A stretch of DNA of 64,000 bases from Nitrospirota bacterium. GTDB taxonomy: Bacteria; Nitrospirota; Thermodesulfovibrionia; Thermodesulfovibrionales; Dissulfurispiraceae. The notes beneath the pieces were generated by a model. It had not been told where the DNA came from. It made no database searches and worked only from the letters and a program-made list of their open reading frames with translations. This document shows, piece by piece, positions 47,685 to 57,170 of the stretch (the stretch's first letter is position 1; every line of letters begins with the position of its first letter). The stretch is from the NCBI GenBank assembly GCA_040758355.1, contig JBFLWF010000003.1, positions 65,325 to 129,324 of the forward strand, in the 5' to 3' direction. The position numbers and the translations under genes are program-made.

Positions 47685-48804
47685 CCTCGTTGCTGAGGAT
47701 TAGTCCTTTTCGGGTAAGTCTCAAATAATTGCCTTTAACTTCTACAAGGCCGTGGGATGAGAGTTCTTCCACGGCCTTTTTCATTAACACCCTCTTTTTG
47801 TCAGGCAAAAGTTTCATATCGATTCCATCTGTCTTTCTCATGCCGAGAAATATAAATTCCTTTAATGCCTCGTCATTAGTTATATAATGTTCCTCTGCAA
47901 CCGGCATCTTGTTGTTATTGATGCTTTCGATATAGTGGCTTATATCCCTTGCGTTGCCTGTTCTCTTCCCACCAAAAAAAGAGTGCGCCCCTGCTCCAAT
48001 GCCGAGATATTCGCCCCTGTTCCAGTAATTGAGGTTATGTCTGCATTCATATCCTGGTTTTGAGAGGTTGGATATTTCATAATGTATATACCCATGCTCC
48101 TTTAACATGTCAATCCCTTTATAATACATCTCTGAAATAACTCCTTCTTCAGGCATAGCAAGCCTTCCACTTCTTATATCTTCGTATAACGGTGTATCCT
48201 TCTCAGGTGTAAGCTCGTAAGTAGATATGTGTTCAGGGCTTAGCTCAAGGGCTTTTTGCAGCGAATATTCCCAGTTTTGAATTTGAAATTTGAAATTTGA
48301 AATTTGAAATTTTGGAAGAGGTATCCCGTAGATTAAATCAATGGATATATTTTTAAATCCTGCACTTCTAACATCTTTCACAGCCTTGATGGCATCCTCT
48401 GCATTATGGCTTCTGCCCAAGGTTATAAGCTCTTTATCGATCAAAGACTGTATGCCGATGCTCATCCTATTTATGCCTGAATCGAGTAGTTTTCTTGCCT
48501 TATCTTCAGAAATAGTGCGCGGGTTGGCTTCAATAGTAATCTCGGCATCAGGATCAATTACATAGTTATCTCTCATCGCTTGGAGGAGTCCTGCAATCTC
48601 TTTTTCGGAGAGGATTGTCGGCGTGCCCCCGCCGATGTAGATAGTCGTTAGATCGCCAGCAACATCCTTTCTCAATCCTATCTCCCTGCACAGCGCCTTA
48701 ATATAGTCCTCTGCAATACGCGATTTAAAAGGTATGGAATAGAAATCGCAATAGATGCATTTTTTAATGCAGAAGGGGATGTGTATGTAAAGATAATTAA
48801 CCAT
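47638..48804 (-). CDS. hemW: Radical SAM heme chaperone
   Basis: LYIHIPFCIKKCIYCDF; HNLNYW motif. In-frame (ATTTGAA)4 at 48281-48308 encodes KFQISNFKFQIQ. Confidence 0.93.
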   Translation of the reverse strand: MVNYLYIHIPFCIKKCIYCDFYSIPFKSRIAEDYIKALCREIGLRKDVAGDLTTIYIGGGTPTILSEKEIAGLLQAMRDNYVIDPDAEITIEANPRTISEDKARKLLDSGINRMSIGIQSLIDKELITLGRSHNAEDAIKAVKDVRSAGFKNISIDLIYGIPLPKFQISNFKFQIQNWEYSLQKALELSPEHISTYELTPEKDTPLYEDIRSGRLAMPEEGVISEMYYKGIDMLKEHGYIHYEISNLSKPGYECRHNLNYWNRGEYLGIGAGAHSFFGGKRTGNARDISHYIESINNNKMPVAEEHYITNDEALKEFIFLGMRKTDGIDMKLLPDKKRVLMKKAVEELSSHGLVEVKGNYLRLTRKGLILSNEVIVQVLLSLEGSRPS

Positions 48805-48865
48805 TTGTAATCAAACCTTCAATCTATTATAATTGATTTATTCGTACATAAACAGGAGGAATCTT

Positions 48866-49435
48866 ATGGAAAAAAAGGTGATGTATTTTGAGAAACCCGG
48901 GAAAGACAATACAGAGGCATGCCTTCAGGTGGTAAGAAATGCCATCAAAGACAGCAAATATAAATATATTGTAATAGCATCGACAGAAGGAGATACAGGG
49001 CTCCTATTTTCAGAGGCATTAAAGGATTCAGGCATAAATATAGTAGTAGTCACGCATTCAGCAGGTTTTAAGGGCGCCAACACCCTTGAAATGACCTCAG
49101 ACATTCGGAAAAAGATAGAATCAACAGGTGCAAGGGTTTATACCGGCACGATGATTACCCATAACATAGAAACCGCCTTTGCATCAAAATTCAATGGACT
49201 TTATCCAACGCTCGTTGTTGCACAGTCTTTGAGGAGATACGGCGAAGGACCAAAGGTCTGCTGCGAGATCGTGATGATGGCTGCTGATGCAGGGCTTATT
49301 CCTGAAGGAGAGGAAGTCCTTGCAGTGGCAGGGACTGCAAAGGGCGCTGATTCTGTGCTTGTTATCAGATCAGCTGCTTCAAAGAGGTTTCTTGAATTGA
49401 GGGTTCTTGAGATACTGGCTAAGCCGAGAGGTTAA
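48866..49435 (+). CDS. Pyruvate kinase C-terminal-like conserved protein
   Basis: YFEKPGKDNT; IVIAST.G.TG; KVCCEIVMMAADAG; AGGAGG SD before ATG 48866. Confidence 0.8.
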   Translation: MEKKVMYFEKPGKDNTEACLQVVRNAIKDSKYKYIVIASTEGDTGLLFSEALKDSGINIVVVTHSAGFKGANTLEMTSDIRKKIESTGARVYTGTMITHNIETAFASKFNGLYPTLVVAQSLRRYGEGPKVCCEIVMMAADAGLIPEGEEVLAVAGTAKGADSVLVIRSAASKRFLELRVLEILAKPRG

Positions 49436-50549
49436 GATAGCCTTCGATCATCAGATCATCGCCGACTCTCTTAATCTTCATGTCGCTTACCCGGAAGGCA
49501 TTCTCCAGTCTCCTGAATGTTTTACCGCCAATGGCAGGGATTGAATCTTTTCCTCCAATAATTCTTGGAGCGATGAAGAATACCACTTTATCCACTATTC
49601 CATCCTGGAGGGCGTATGCATTAAGGGATGAGCCTCCTTCTATCATCACAGATGTAATCCCAGTCTCTCCGAGCCTTTTCATAAGCCACTTCAAATCCAC
49701 ACGCTTCCCGTCATATTTGATTATTTTTACGCCTTTATCGATTAACTCTTGCCCTTTGCCTCTTGACCCTTGACCCATTTTTGTCACTACTATCGTCTCT
49801 GGCGGCACGTTGAATATTTTATAATCTATTGGTGTCTTAAGATCGGGATCAATCACTATTCTTATTGGATTTTTTACCTTTTGCCTTTTACCCTTTGCCC
49901 CAATTCTTACCGTAAGCTCCGGATTATCCGCTTTTACCGTACCGACAGCAGTAAGAATTGCATCAACACTGCCTCTCATCTGATGGACAACCATTCTTGC
50001 CTTTTCTCCTGTTATCCATTTCGACTGGCCTTCAGGAGTTGCGATCTTACCGTCGAGGGTCATAGCTGTTTTTAAAATAACAAATGGTGTTCTCGTAGTT
50101 ATGTATTTTATATACGCCTCGTTCAGTTTTTTTGCCTTATCCTGAAGTACCCCGCTAAAAACTTCAATGTCGTGTTTTTTCAATTCCTCAATACCCTTTC
50201 CCGCAACCTTTGGATTCGGGTCTTTCATAGCAATAAAAACCTTTTTTATGCCTGAATTTATGATTGCCCTTGTACACGGTGGGGTTTTTTTGTCCAAATG
50301 ACAGCACGGCTCAAGGGTTACATAAAGGATGGAGCCTTTTGCCTTTCCACCCGACTTGACAATTGCAAGGGCTTCGGCGTGTGGTTCACCGGCCTTCTTG
50401 TGATAGTCTTCTGCAATAATCCTTCCGTTTTTGACTATTACAGCGCCGACCATCGGATTGGGGCTTGTCATTCCCCTTGCCTTTTCTGCAAGGTTCAATG
50501 CCCTTTGCATGAATTTCTTATCTTTATCTAAAATCCGTACTCCTTCCAT
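49419..50549 (-). CDS. ribD: Riboflavin biosynthesis deaminase/reductase
   Basis: PNPMVGAV; HAE; TLEPCCH..TPPC; IEGGS. In-frame 7-mer arrays at 49746-49776 and 49872-49899. Confidence 0.96.
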   Translation of the reverse strand: MEGVRILDKDKKFMQRALNLAEKARGMTSPNPMVGAVIVKNGRIIAEDYHKKAGEPHAEALAIVKSGGKAKGSILYVTLEPCCHLDKKTPPCTRAIINSGIKKVFIAMKDPNPKVAGKGIEELKKHDIEVFSGVLQDKAKKLNEAYIKYITTRTPFVILKTAMTLDGKIATPEGQSKWITGEKARMVVHQMRGSVDAILTAVGTVKADNPELTVRIGAKGKRQKVKNPIRIVIDPDLKTPIDYKIFNVPPETIVVTKMGQGSRGKGQELIDKGVKIIKYDGKRVDLKWLMKRLGETGITSVMIEGGSSLNAYALQDGIVDKVVFFIAPRIIGGKDSIPAIGGKTFRRLENAFRVSDMKIKRVGDDLMIEGYLNLSA

Positions 50550-52027
50550 CTGCTGTCAACTATCCTTTTAATTTCCTCGGACATATATATTTCATCAGGC
50601 CAGTCCCTCGTCATGCCCTCTTCCCTCGTCTTTCTCGTGGCGTCGATGCCCATCTTTGAGCCGTATCGGGGAAAGTTTGCTGCATGGTCAAGGTCATCAA
50701 GAGGGCCTTCAGCAATAACAACATCCCTCTTCCAGTCAACATTGTTCAAAACGCGCCATGCAGTGTATGAGATATTCTGGACATCCACATCATCATCCAA
50801 AATAACAAGCAGCTTTGCAAACATCATCTGCCCCTTGCCCCATAAGCCATGTATAATCTTTTTCGCATGTCCCGGATAGCTCTTTTTTATGGAGATCATG
50901 GCGCAGTTATGGAACACGCCTTCCATGGGAAGGTTCATATCCTTTATTTCAGGGAATTCAAGACGAATAAGGGGCAAAAATATCCTCTCTGTTGCCTTTC
51001 CCATATAGCAGTCTTCCATAGGGGGCTTTCCGACAATAGTTGCAGGATATATCATGTCCTTTCTATGCGTTATGCAGGTTACATGAAAGACCGGATAATT
51101 ATCCGCCGCAGAATAAAAGCCTGTATGGTCGCCGAATGGCCCTTCTATGCGCATCTCTCCGGGCTCAAGATAGCCTTCTATAACAAGCTCGCTGTTTGCA
51201 GGGACCTCGACATCAGAGGTAATGCACTTCACCATCTCAACTGGCTCTCTCCTTAAAAATCCTGCAAAGAGCATTTCATCTATCGATTCGGGAAGCGGCG
51301 CTGATGACGAATAAATAACAGCAGGGTCGCTTCCCACTGCAATTGCTGCAGGCATTCTCTTGTTAAGCTTTTTGTATTTGTCGTAATGCCTTGCTCCGTC
51401 TTTATGGATATGCCAGTGCATTCCAGTTGTGGTTTTGTCATAGATGTGAATCCTGTACATACCGCAGTTCTGCCTGCCTGTCTCAGGGTCTTTTGTAAAG
51501 ACCATGGGCAGTGTTATGAATCTTCCTTCATTTTGACTGACTGCTGACTGCTGACTGCTGACTGCTTTTGTTGGCTGCCCATCTCCAGGCCAGCATTTGA
51601 TAATAGGGAATTTGGACAGGTCGGGATTGTCTTTTTCAATAACCTCCTGGCATGGTGCATCCTTGACATGCTTGGGAAGCCATCTTGAAAATTCAAATAG
51701 CTTTGGAAGCATTGCGAGTTTTTCCATCAATGTCTTTGGTGGAGCCTGATTGAGCAGTTCTTCGATGCGCTTCCCGACATCATCGAGGTGATTAATCTCA
51801 AGTGAAAGACACATCCTTTCGAACGAGCCGAAAATATTGGTTACGACAGGATACAGTGAGCCTTTGACCTTTTCGAAAAACAGTGCCTTGCCTCCGTCAG
51901 GGCTTTTGCACATCCTGTCTGTGATTTCAGATATTTCGAGTATAGGGTCAACCTCAACCTTTATCCTGTGAAGAAGTCCCCTTTTCTCAAGGGCTGAAAT
52001 AAAATCTCTTAAATCCTTGTATGCCAT
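50528..52027 (-). CDS. UbiD-family decarboxylase (probably futalosine-pathway menaquinone synthesis)
   Basis: EGPFGDHTGFY; GKPPMED; KMGIDAT. In-frame (CTGACTG)4 at 51537-51564 encodes AVSSQQSAVSQ. Confidence 0.9.
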   Translation of the reverse strand: MAYKDLRDFISALEKRGLLHRIKVEVDPILEISEITDRMCKSPDGGKALFFEKVKGSLYPVVTNIFGSFERMCLSLEINHLDDVGKRIEELLNQAPPKTLMEKLAMLPKLFEFSRWLPKHVKDAPCQEVIEKDNPDLSKFPIIKCWPGDGQPTKAVSSQQSAVSQNEGRFITLPMVFTKDPETGRQNCGMYRIHIYDKTTTGMHWHIHKDGARHYDKYKKLNKRMPAAIAVGSDPAVIYSSSAPLPESIDEMLFAGFLRREPVEMVKCITSDVEVPANSELVIEGYLEPGEMRIEGPFGDHTGFYSAADNYPVFHVTCITHRKDMIYPATIVGKPPMEDCYMGKATERIFLPLIRLEFPEIKDMNLPMEGVFHNCAMISIKKSYPGHAKKIIHGLWGKGQMMFAKLLVILDDDVDVQNISYTAWRVLNNVDWKRDVVIAEGPLDDLDHAANFPRYGSKMGIDATRKTREEGMTRDWPDEIYMSEEIKRIVDSRWKEYGF

Positions 52028-52440
52028 TACAGTATCTCTAATGATGAAAAGAAATATCCTATCTCGAATACTGCTGTTTCAGGTGCGTCAGAACCATGAA
52101 CAGCATTCCTTTCGATATTCTCTGCAAAGTCCTTTCTGATTGTTCCCGGCGCTGCATTTGCAGGATTTGTTGCCCCCATAATCTCCCTGTTCTTTGCAAT
52201 CGCATTCTCTCCCTCAAGAACCATTACTACAATAGGGCCTTCTGACATGAAATCCGTAAGGCTGTCATAAAAGGGCCTGTCCTTATGAACAATGTAAAAG
52301 CCCTTAGCCTCTTCCTTTGTCATCCATATCTTCTTCATTGCAGCAATCCTCAGGCCGTTCTTTTCAAATCTGCTTATAATCTCTCCAATCACATTCTTCT
52401 TTACTGCATCCGGTTTAATAATCGATAATGTCCTCTCCAT
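52027..52440 (-). CDS. ndk: Nucleoside diphosphate kinase
   Basis: [19 protein letters not shown]. Confidence 0.97.
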   Translation of the reverse strand: MERTLSIIKPDAVKKNVIGEIISRFEKNGLRIAAMKKIWMTKEEAKGFYIVHKDRPFYDSLTDFMSEGPIVVMVLEGENAIAKNREIMGATNPANAAPGTIRKDFAENIERNAVHGSDAPETAVFEIGYFFSSLEIL

Positions 52441-52452
52441 CAAAATCCTCCA

Positions 52453-53379
52453 TTATAAATTTAGTTTTTCAACCAATGATTTTACTGCTGATACAGATCT
52501 TTCGAAATCCGCCCTCTCCTGCTCATTTAAATTAAGCTCGATAATCTTCTCCACTCCGCCATTTCCAAGCATCACAGGCACGCCTGTATAAATGCCGTTC
52601 TTACCGTATTCGCCATTAAGATATGCAGAGCACGGCAGCATCCTTTTCTCATCGAACAAAACCGCCTTTACCATCTCATATGTTGCAGCAGCAGGCGCAT
52701 AGTATGCACTTCCTGTTTTTAAGAGCGCAACAATCTCTGCACCGCCGTGTCTTGTCCTTTCCACAAGTGCATCTATCCTTTCTTTACTGATGAGTTCTGT
52801 AATGGGAACACCTTTGATTGTCGTAAACCTCGGCATCGGAACCATCAGGTCGCCGTGCCCTCCGAGGACAAGGGCCTCCACATCCTCAGGAGAAATGCTC
52901 ATTTCCCATGCAATAAATGTCCTGAACCTCGCAGAATCGAGAATTCCGCCCATTCCCATGACCCTTTCCGAACCAAACCCTGACACCTTCATGCTCACTT
53001 GGGCCATAACATCCATAGGGTTTGTAACAACAATTATCACTGCATCGGGAGATATCTTTGATGTATTTTCAGTAACCTCCGATACAACCTTTGCATTCGC
53101 ATTAAGAAGGTCATCTCTGCTCATTCCGGGCTTTCTCGGAAATCCTGCGGTAATGACTATCACATCGGAATTTTCTGTATGGGAATAATCATTTGTGCCT
53201 ATGATGGACGCCGAAGATCCCCATAGCGGACATGCCTCCGAAAGATCCAGAGCCTTTCCCTGTGGTATGCCGTCTGCGATATCAAAAAGAACTACATCGG
53301 CAATTCCAGACTGGACAATCATCTGCGCAAGGGATGAGCCCACATTCCCCGCTCCTATAACAGAAACCTTTTTCTTCAT
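52453..53379 (-). CDS. mdh: Malate dehydrogenase (LDH-like)
   Basis: IGAGNVG; PRKPGMSRDDLL; LDSARF; GGHGD; start taken at ATG 53379. Confidence 0.95.
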   Translation of the reverse strand: MKKKVSVIGAGNVGSSLAQMIVQSGIADVVLFDIADGIPQGKALDLSEACPLWGSSASIIGTNDYSHTENSDVIVITAGFPRKPGMSRDDLLNANAKVVSEVTENTSKISPDAVIIVVTNPMDVMAQVSMKVSGFGSERVMGMGGILDSARFRTFIAWEMSISPEDVEALVLGGHGDLMVPMPRFTTIKGVPITELISKERIDALVERTRHGGAEIVALLKTGSAYYAPAAATYEMVKAVLFDEKRMLPCSAYLNGEYGKNGIYTGVPVMLGNGGVEKIIELNLNEQERADFERSVSAVKSLVEKLNL

Positions 53380-53410
53380 CCCAATTTGTTCTCCTTTACT
53401 ATTCATATAA

Positions 53411-53575
53411 GCTACAAGGTGAAACTAACTTGAAGCAAAATTTCTGGGTTCTCTAAGGGGCAAAGTAACGACTGCCCCCTACATTTACACTTTTGAAAAC
53501 TTCTATATTCTGTTTTAGCTCTCATAAAGCACTGCGGACTAATTAATTTTGCAAAAGTTAGTTTCGCCTTGTAGC
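53411..53575. mobile_element. MITE-like element with 21-bp terminal inverted repeats
   Basis: GCTACAAGGYGAAACTAACTT at both ends (20/21); internal hairpin GGGGCA..TGCCCC. Confidence 0.55.
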
Positions 53576-53585
53576 ATACGCTTGT

Positions 53586-53822
53586 TTATCCGCACATGCT
53601 GAATGGCGCCGATATATTTACCCTTAAATAGCCATTCTCTTTGTGAACCTTATACTTCCCATTACACATACGGATATACATCTCGAATTTCTTCAAATCA
53701 TCTGTCCTGTCGTCCAGATATACAGTGACATCTTCATGAACAGTACAGACGCCTTCAAAGTGATTCCTGAACTCCCTTATGTGTTCAGGATGCTTTAATC
53801 CCCTTACATCGATCAGCATCAT
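53586..53822 (-). CDS. Small TusA-like hypothetical protein
   Basis: IDVRGLKHPE resembles TusA lDxrGlxCPxP, but His replaces the Cys. Confidence 0.6.
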   Translation of the reverse strand: MMLIDVRGLKHPEHIREFRNHFEGVCTVHEDVTVYLDDRTDDLKKFEMYIRMCNGKYKVHKENGYLRVNISAPFSMCG

Positions 53823-54754
53823 TAGACTCCTGAAATCTCCGACACTGTTTTATTTAGAGTCTCCACATTTTCTACATTAAAAATCCTTGCAGATGCATCT
53901 ATCCTCTTAACCAATCCCGAAAGCACCTTGCCCGGGCCGACCTCTATGAATGTGCTTATGCCTGACGAAGATATTGTCTTTATGCAGTCCTCCCATAAAA
54001 CCGACTGACTTAGTTGCCTCACAAGGGATTTCCTTATCTCATCTGCATTTGAAACAAACCGTGCTTCCACATTATTTACAAATGGTACCCGCGCATCCTT
54101 TATCTCAATCTCCTTTAATGCATCTTCGAATCTTCTGCCTGCATCCTCCATCAGCTTACAATGTGAGGGAACGCTTACTGCAAGGGGAAGTGCACGCTTT
54201 GCACCTTTTTCTTTAGCTATTTTCATGGCTTCTTCAACCGCTGTCTTTTCACCTGAAATAACAATCTGTCCAGGACAATTATAATTGGCAACAGAGACAT
54301 AGCCAGACTTAATATCCTTATAAATCTCGTCCACACTCTTCCTGTCCAGTCCGAGAATAGCTGCCATAAGCCCTTTACCCTCAGGCACTGCATCCTGCAT
54401 TATCCTTCCCCTGATTTCTGTTATCCATACAGCATCCTTGAATGATATGCTTCCTGCTGCAACAAGGGCGGAATACTCGCCGAGGCTGTGACCTGCAACA
54501 ACCGATGGATTAATGCCCTTTGAGGTTAAAGCCTTATATGCTGCAATGCTCGCTACAAGCAAACAGGGCTGTGTCCTGAATGTCTTATTCAACTCTTCAG
54601 CAGGGCCGTTGAAACTCAAGTCGGCCACATCATAGTCGAGGATTTCCGATGCCTCGCTGTAGAGCCTTTTTACCTCATCAAAATTGTCATAGAGGTCTTT
54701 GCCCATTCCAATGCTCTGGGAACCTTGCCCTGGAAAGACAAAGGCTATTTTCAT
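53822..54754 (-). CDS. fabD: Malonyl-CoA:ACP transacylase
   Basis: FPGQGSQ; GHSLGEY; FIEVGPGKVLSGL. Confidence 0.97.
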   Translation of the reverse strand: MKIAFVFPGQGSQSIGMGKDLYDNFDEVKRLYSEASEILDYDVADLSFNGPAEELNKTFRTQPCLLVASIAAYKALTSKGINPSVVAGHSLGEYSALVAAGSISFKDAVWITEIRGRIMQDAVPEGKGLMAAILGLDRKSVDEIYKDIKSGYVSVANYNCPGQIVISGEKTAVEEAMKIAKEKGAKRALPLAVSVPSHCKLMEDAGRRFEDALKEIEIKDARVPFVNNVEARFVSNADEIRKSLVRQLSQSVLWEDCIKTISSSGISTFIEVGPGKVLSGLVKRIDASARIFNVENVETLNKTVSEISGV

Positions 54755-55944
54755 TATTGCTTTGCCTCTTTGAGCTTCTTGATTAAAAGCGGCACAACCT
54801 CGTAAACATCACCCACTATACCGTAGGTTGCCACATTGAATATGGGTGCTTCTGGATTTTTATTTATGGCAATAATTATATCCGATGACTGCATGCCAAC
54901 GAGATGCTGAACAGCGCCCGATATGCCGCATGCAATGTATATCTTGGGGCAGACCGTTTTTCCTGTCTGCCCAACCTGATGGCTGTAAGGAATCCACCCC
55001 TCATCAACAGCAGCCCTCGATGCACCCACTGCTCCGCCAAGCACTTCTGCAAGTTCCTCAAGCATTTTGAATCCATCTGGCTTTCCAAGTCCTCTTCCGC
55101 CTGCAACAATGACATCGGCCTCCTGAAGGTTTACCATGCATTCGGATACCTCTTTTATTGTCTCGAGGACCTTTGTCCGGCCAGCGATGTTATCTGCTGA
55201 TACAGGGATAATCTCGCCTTTTCTGTCTGCATTATATTCGCCGCGCTTCATCACTCTCGGTCTTACTGTTGCTATCTGTGGCCTGTGATTCGGGCAGAGT
55301 ATGGTGGCCATTATGTTTCCGCCAAAGGCAGGTCTTATCTGCAAGAGATTTCCTGAATCCCTGTCTATCTCGAGTGCTGTGCAATCAGCAGTGAGCCCTG
55401 TCCTTACCCTTGCAGCAACCCTCGGGATAAATGAACGTCCAATCGGGGTAGCACCAGCAAGGACTATTTCGGGCTTGTGTGTTTTTACGAGATTTGTGAG
55501 TAATTGCGAATACGGTTCGTCATTAAATTTCTCGAATATAGAATCTTTGCAGTGATAAACCTTATCAGCACCCCATTTAATAAGCTCTTTTGCCTGATCC
55601 TCATTGGAGCCGAATAAAACAGCAGATAGCTCGGTCTTTAATTCATCAACAAGCCTCCTGCCTGCGCCGAGGAGTTCGTATGCAACAGGAGCAACCATGC
55701 CATCACGCTGCTCTGCAAATACCCATACGCCTTTGTAATCAGAAATATCAGCCTTCTGAATATCGCCCTCTTCCATTATCTCTATTATTGCACCTTCAGG
55801 GCATATGCTCATGCATGCCTTGCAGAACTGGCAGTATTCGTTAATGAATGCCTTTCCTTCCTGCATCACTATTGCGGTAAATGGACATGAATCAATGCAC
55901 TGGCCGCATCCCGTGCATCTCTCTATATTGACAACTATACGCAT
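54754..55944 (-). CDS. etfA: Electron transfer flavoprotein alpha with N-terminal 2x[4Fe-4S] ferredoxin
   Basis: CTGCGQCIDSCP and CQFCKACMSICP; QVGQTGK; GISGAVQH. Confidence 0.95.
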   Translation of the reverse strand: MRIVVNIERCTGCGQCIDSCPFTAIVMQEGKAFINEYCQFCKACMSICPEGAIIEIMEEGDIQKADISDYKGVWVFAEQRDGMVAPVAYELLGAGRRLVDELKTELSAVLFGSNEDQAKELIKWGADKVYHCKDSIFEKFNDEPYSQLLTNLVKTHKPEIVLAGATPIGRSFIPRVAARVRTGLTADCTALEIDRDSGNLLQIRPAFGGNIMATILCPNHRPQIATVRPRVMKRGEYNADRKGEIIPVSADNIAGRTKVLETIKEVSECMVNLQEADVIVAGGRGLGKPDGFKMLEELAEVLGGAVGASRAAVDEGWIPYSHQVGQTGKTVCPKIYIACGISGAVQHLVGMQSSDIIIAINKNPEAPIFNVATYGIVGDVYEVVPLLIKKLKEAKQ

Positions 55945-56717
55945 TTCAACCCCCTTAATTCCCTTACGAGAGTGTCCACCTGCTCTTCGACGCTTCCATG
56001 GAACATCTTCCTGTCAGCCTTTGACTGTGGTGCGAATATGTTTTTGACCTGCGTAGGAGAGCCTTTCAGTCCGACATTCTCAGCCTCGGCGCCGATTGCA
56101 TTCAAATCCATCTTTGTGATTACTGCCTTTTTGGCTGCCATTTTTCCTTTGAGGGACGGAAGCCTTGGGGTGTTGAGCTCTTTGACAACAGTCAGCAAGA
56201 CCGGAAGCGGTGATTCAACAACATCGTATCCTTCATCCATGAGTCTCTGAACCTTTATGGATTTATCGCTGACACCCTCAATCTTTCTGATGTATGCTAT
56301 GTGAGGAATATTCAGGAATTCTGCGACCTCAGGGCCGACCTGTGCGGTGTCTCCGTCTATTGCCTGTTTTCCGCATAGGATTATGTCGTATCCTACTTTC
56401 TCAATGGCCTTATAAAGGGCATATGATGTTGCCCATGTATCGGCGCCTGCAAAAGCCCTGTCAGAAATGAGCCTCACATCATCAGCACCCATTGATATTG
56501 CCTCTCTAAGGGCATCCTCAGCCTGAGGAGGCCCCATTGTTATTACGGTAACCTTTGCTCCTGTTTTCTCTTTTATCTGGAGTGCTGCTTCAATGGCGTG
56601 CAGATCGTATGGATTTATAATGCTCGGAACGCCTTCCCTTATTAAGGTATTTGTCTCAGGATTTATCCTGACCTCTGCTGTGTCAGGGACCTGTTTTATG
56701 CAGACAATAATATTCAC
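55935..56717 (-). CDS. etfB: Electron transfer flavoprotein beta
   Basis: IVCIKQVPD; AGADTWATS; GKQAIDGDTAQVGP. Confidence 0.96.
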   Translation of the reverse strand: MNIIVCIKQVPDTAEVRINPETNTLIREGVPSIINPYDLHAIEAALQIKEKTGAKVTVITMGPPQAEDALREAISMGADDVRLISDRAFAGADTWATSYALYKAIEKVGYDIILCGKQAIDGDTAQVGPEVAEFLNIPHIAYIRKIEGVSDKSIKVQRLMDEGYDVVESPLPVLLTVVKELNTPRLPSLKGKMAAKKAVITKMDLNAIGAEAENVGLKGSPTQVKNIFAPQSKADRKMFHGSVEEQVDTLVRELRGLKCV

Positions 56718-56762
56718 GGAATATCCTCCCTTTTCGGTGATATAAGCTTGAAATTATACCTT

Positions 56763-57170
56763 TTATGAATTTTTTCTTTCAAGTACGACCGTAGCAATAG
56801 CGTAGCTTCGCTCGTGTGTCAGCGTGAGATGAATAATAAACTTATCCTGAAAATATGTTTTCAAATTTCCCAGCAGATTGATGAATGGCTTGCCTGTGGG
56901 CTGATTGAGTATTTCAATATTTTTTAAGTTTGCAAATTTTAGTCCGTGTTCTTTGCTCTGTGCTTTGTGCTCTGAATTTGATAACGCCTTAATTACCGCC
57001 TCTTTTGCAGCAAACCTAACTGCAAGATGAGGAAAAGGGTCTTTCTTTTTATAGCAGTAAGAGATTTCACTTTCTGTAAATATCTTTTTTAAAAATCGCT
57101 CCCCCCACTTTTCAACCGCATCTCTTACTCTTTTTATCTCAACTATGTCGGTTCCGATGCCATAAATCAT
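56763..57170 (-). CDS. acpS: Holo-ACP synthase
   Basis: [20 protein letters not shown]. In-frame 7-mer array at 56946-56974 ([10 protein letters not shown]). Confidence 0.95.
   Translation of the reverse strand: MIYGIGTDIVEIKRVRDAVEKWGERFLKKIFTESEISYCYKKKDPFPHLAVRFAAKEAVIKALSNSEHKAQSKEHGLKFANLKNIEILNQPTGKPFINLLGNLKTYFQDKFIIHLTLTHERSYAIATVVLERKNS

Noticed and set aside
53411..53575. 6S RNA
   Set aside because: Size and closing stem fit, but I could not see a second long stem around a central bubble; left as MITE-like pending an Rfam scan.
9325..56974. Tandem arrays as CRISPR repeats
   Set aside because: Units are 7-8 bp with no unique spacers, and no cas genes are present.
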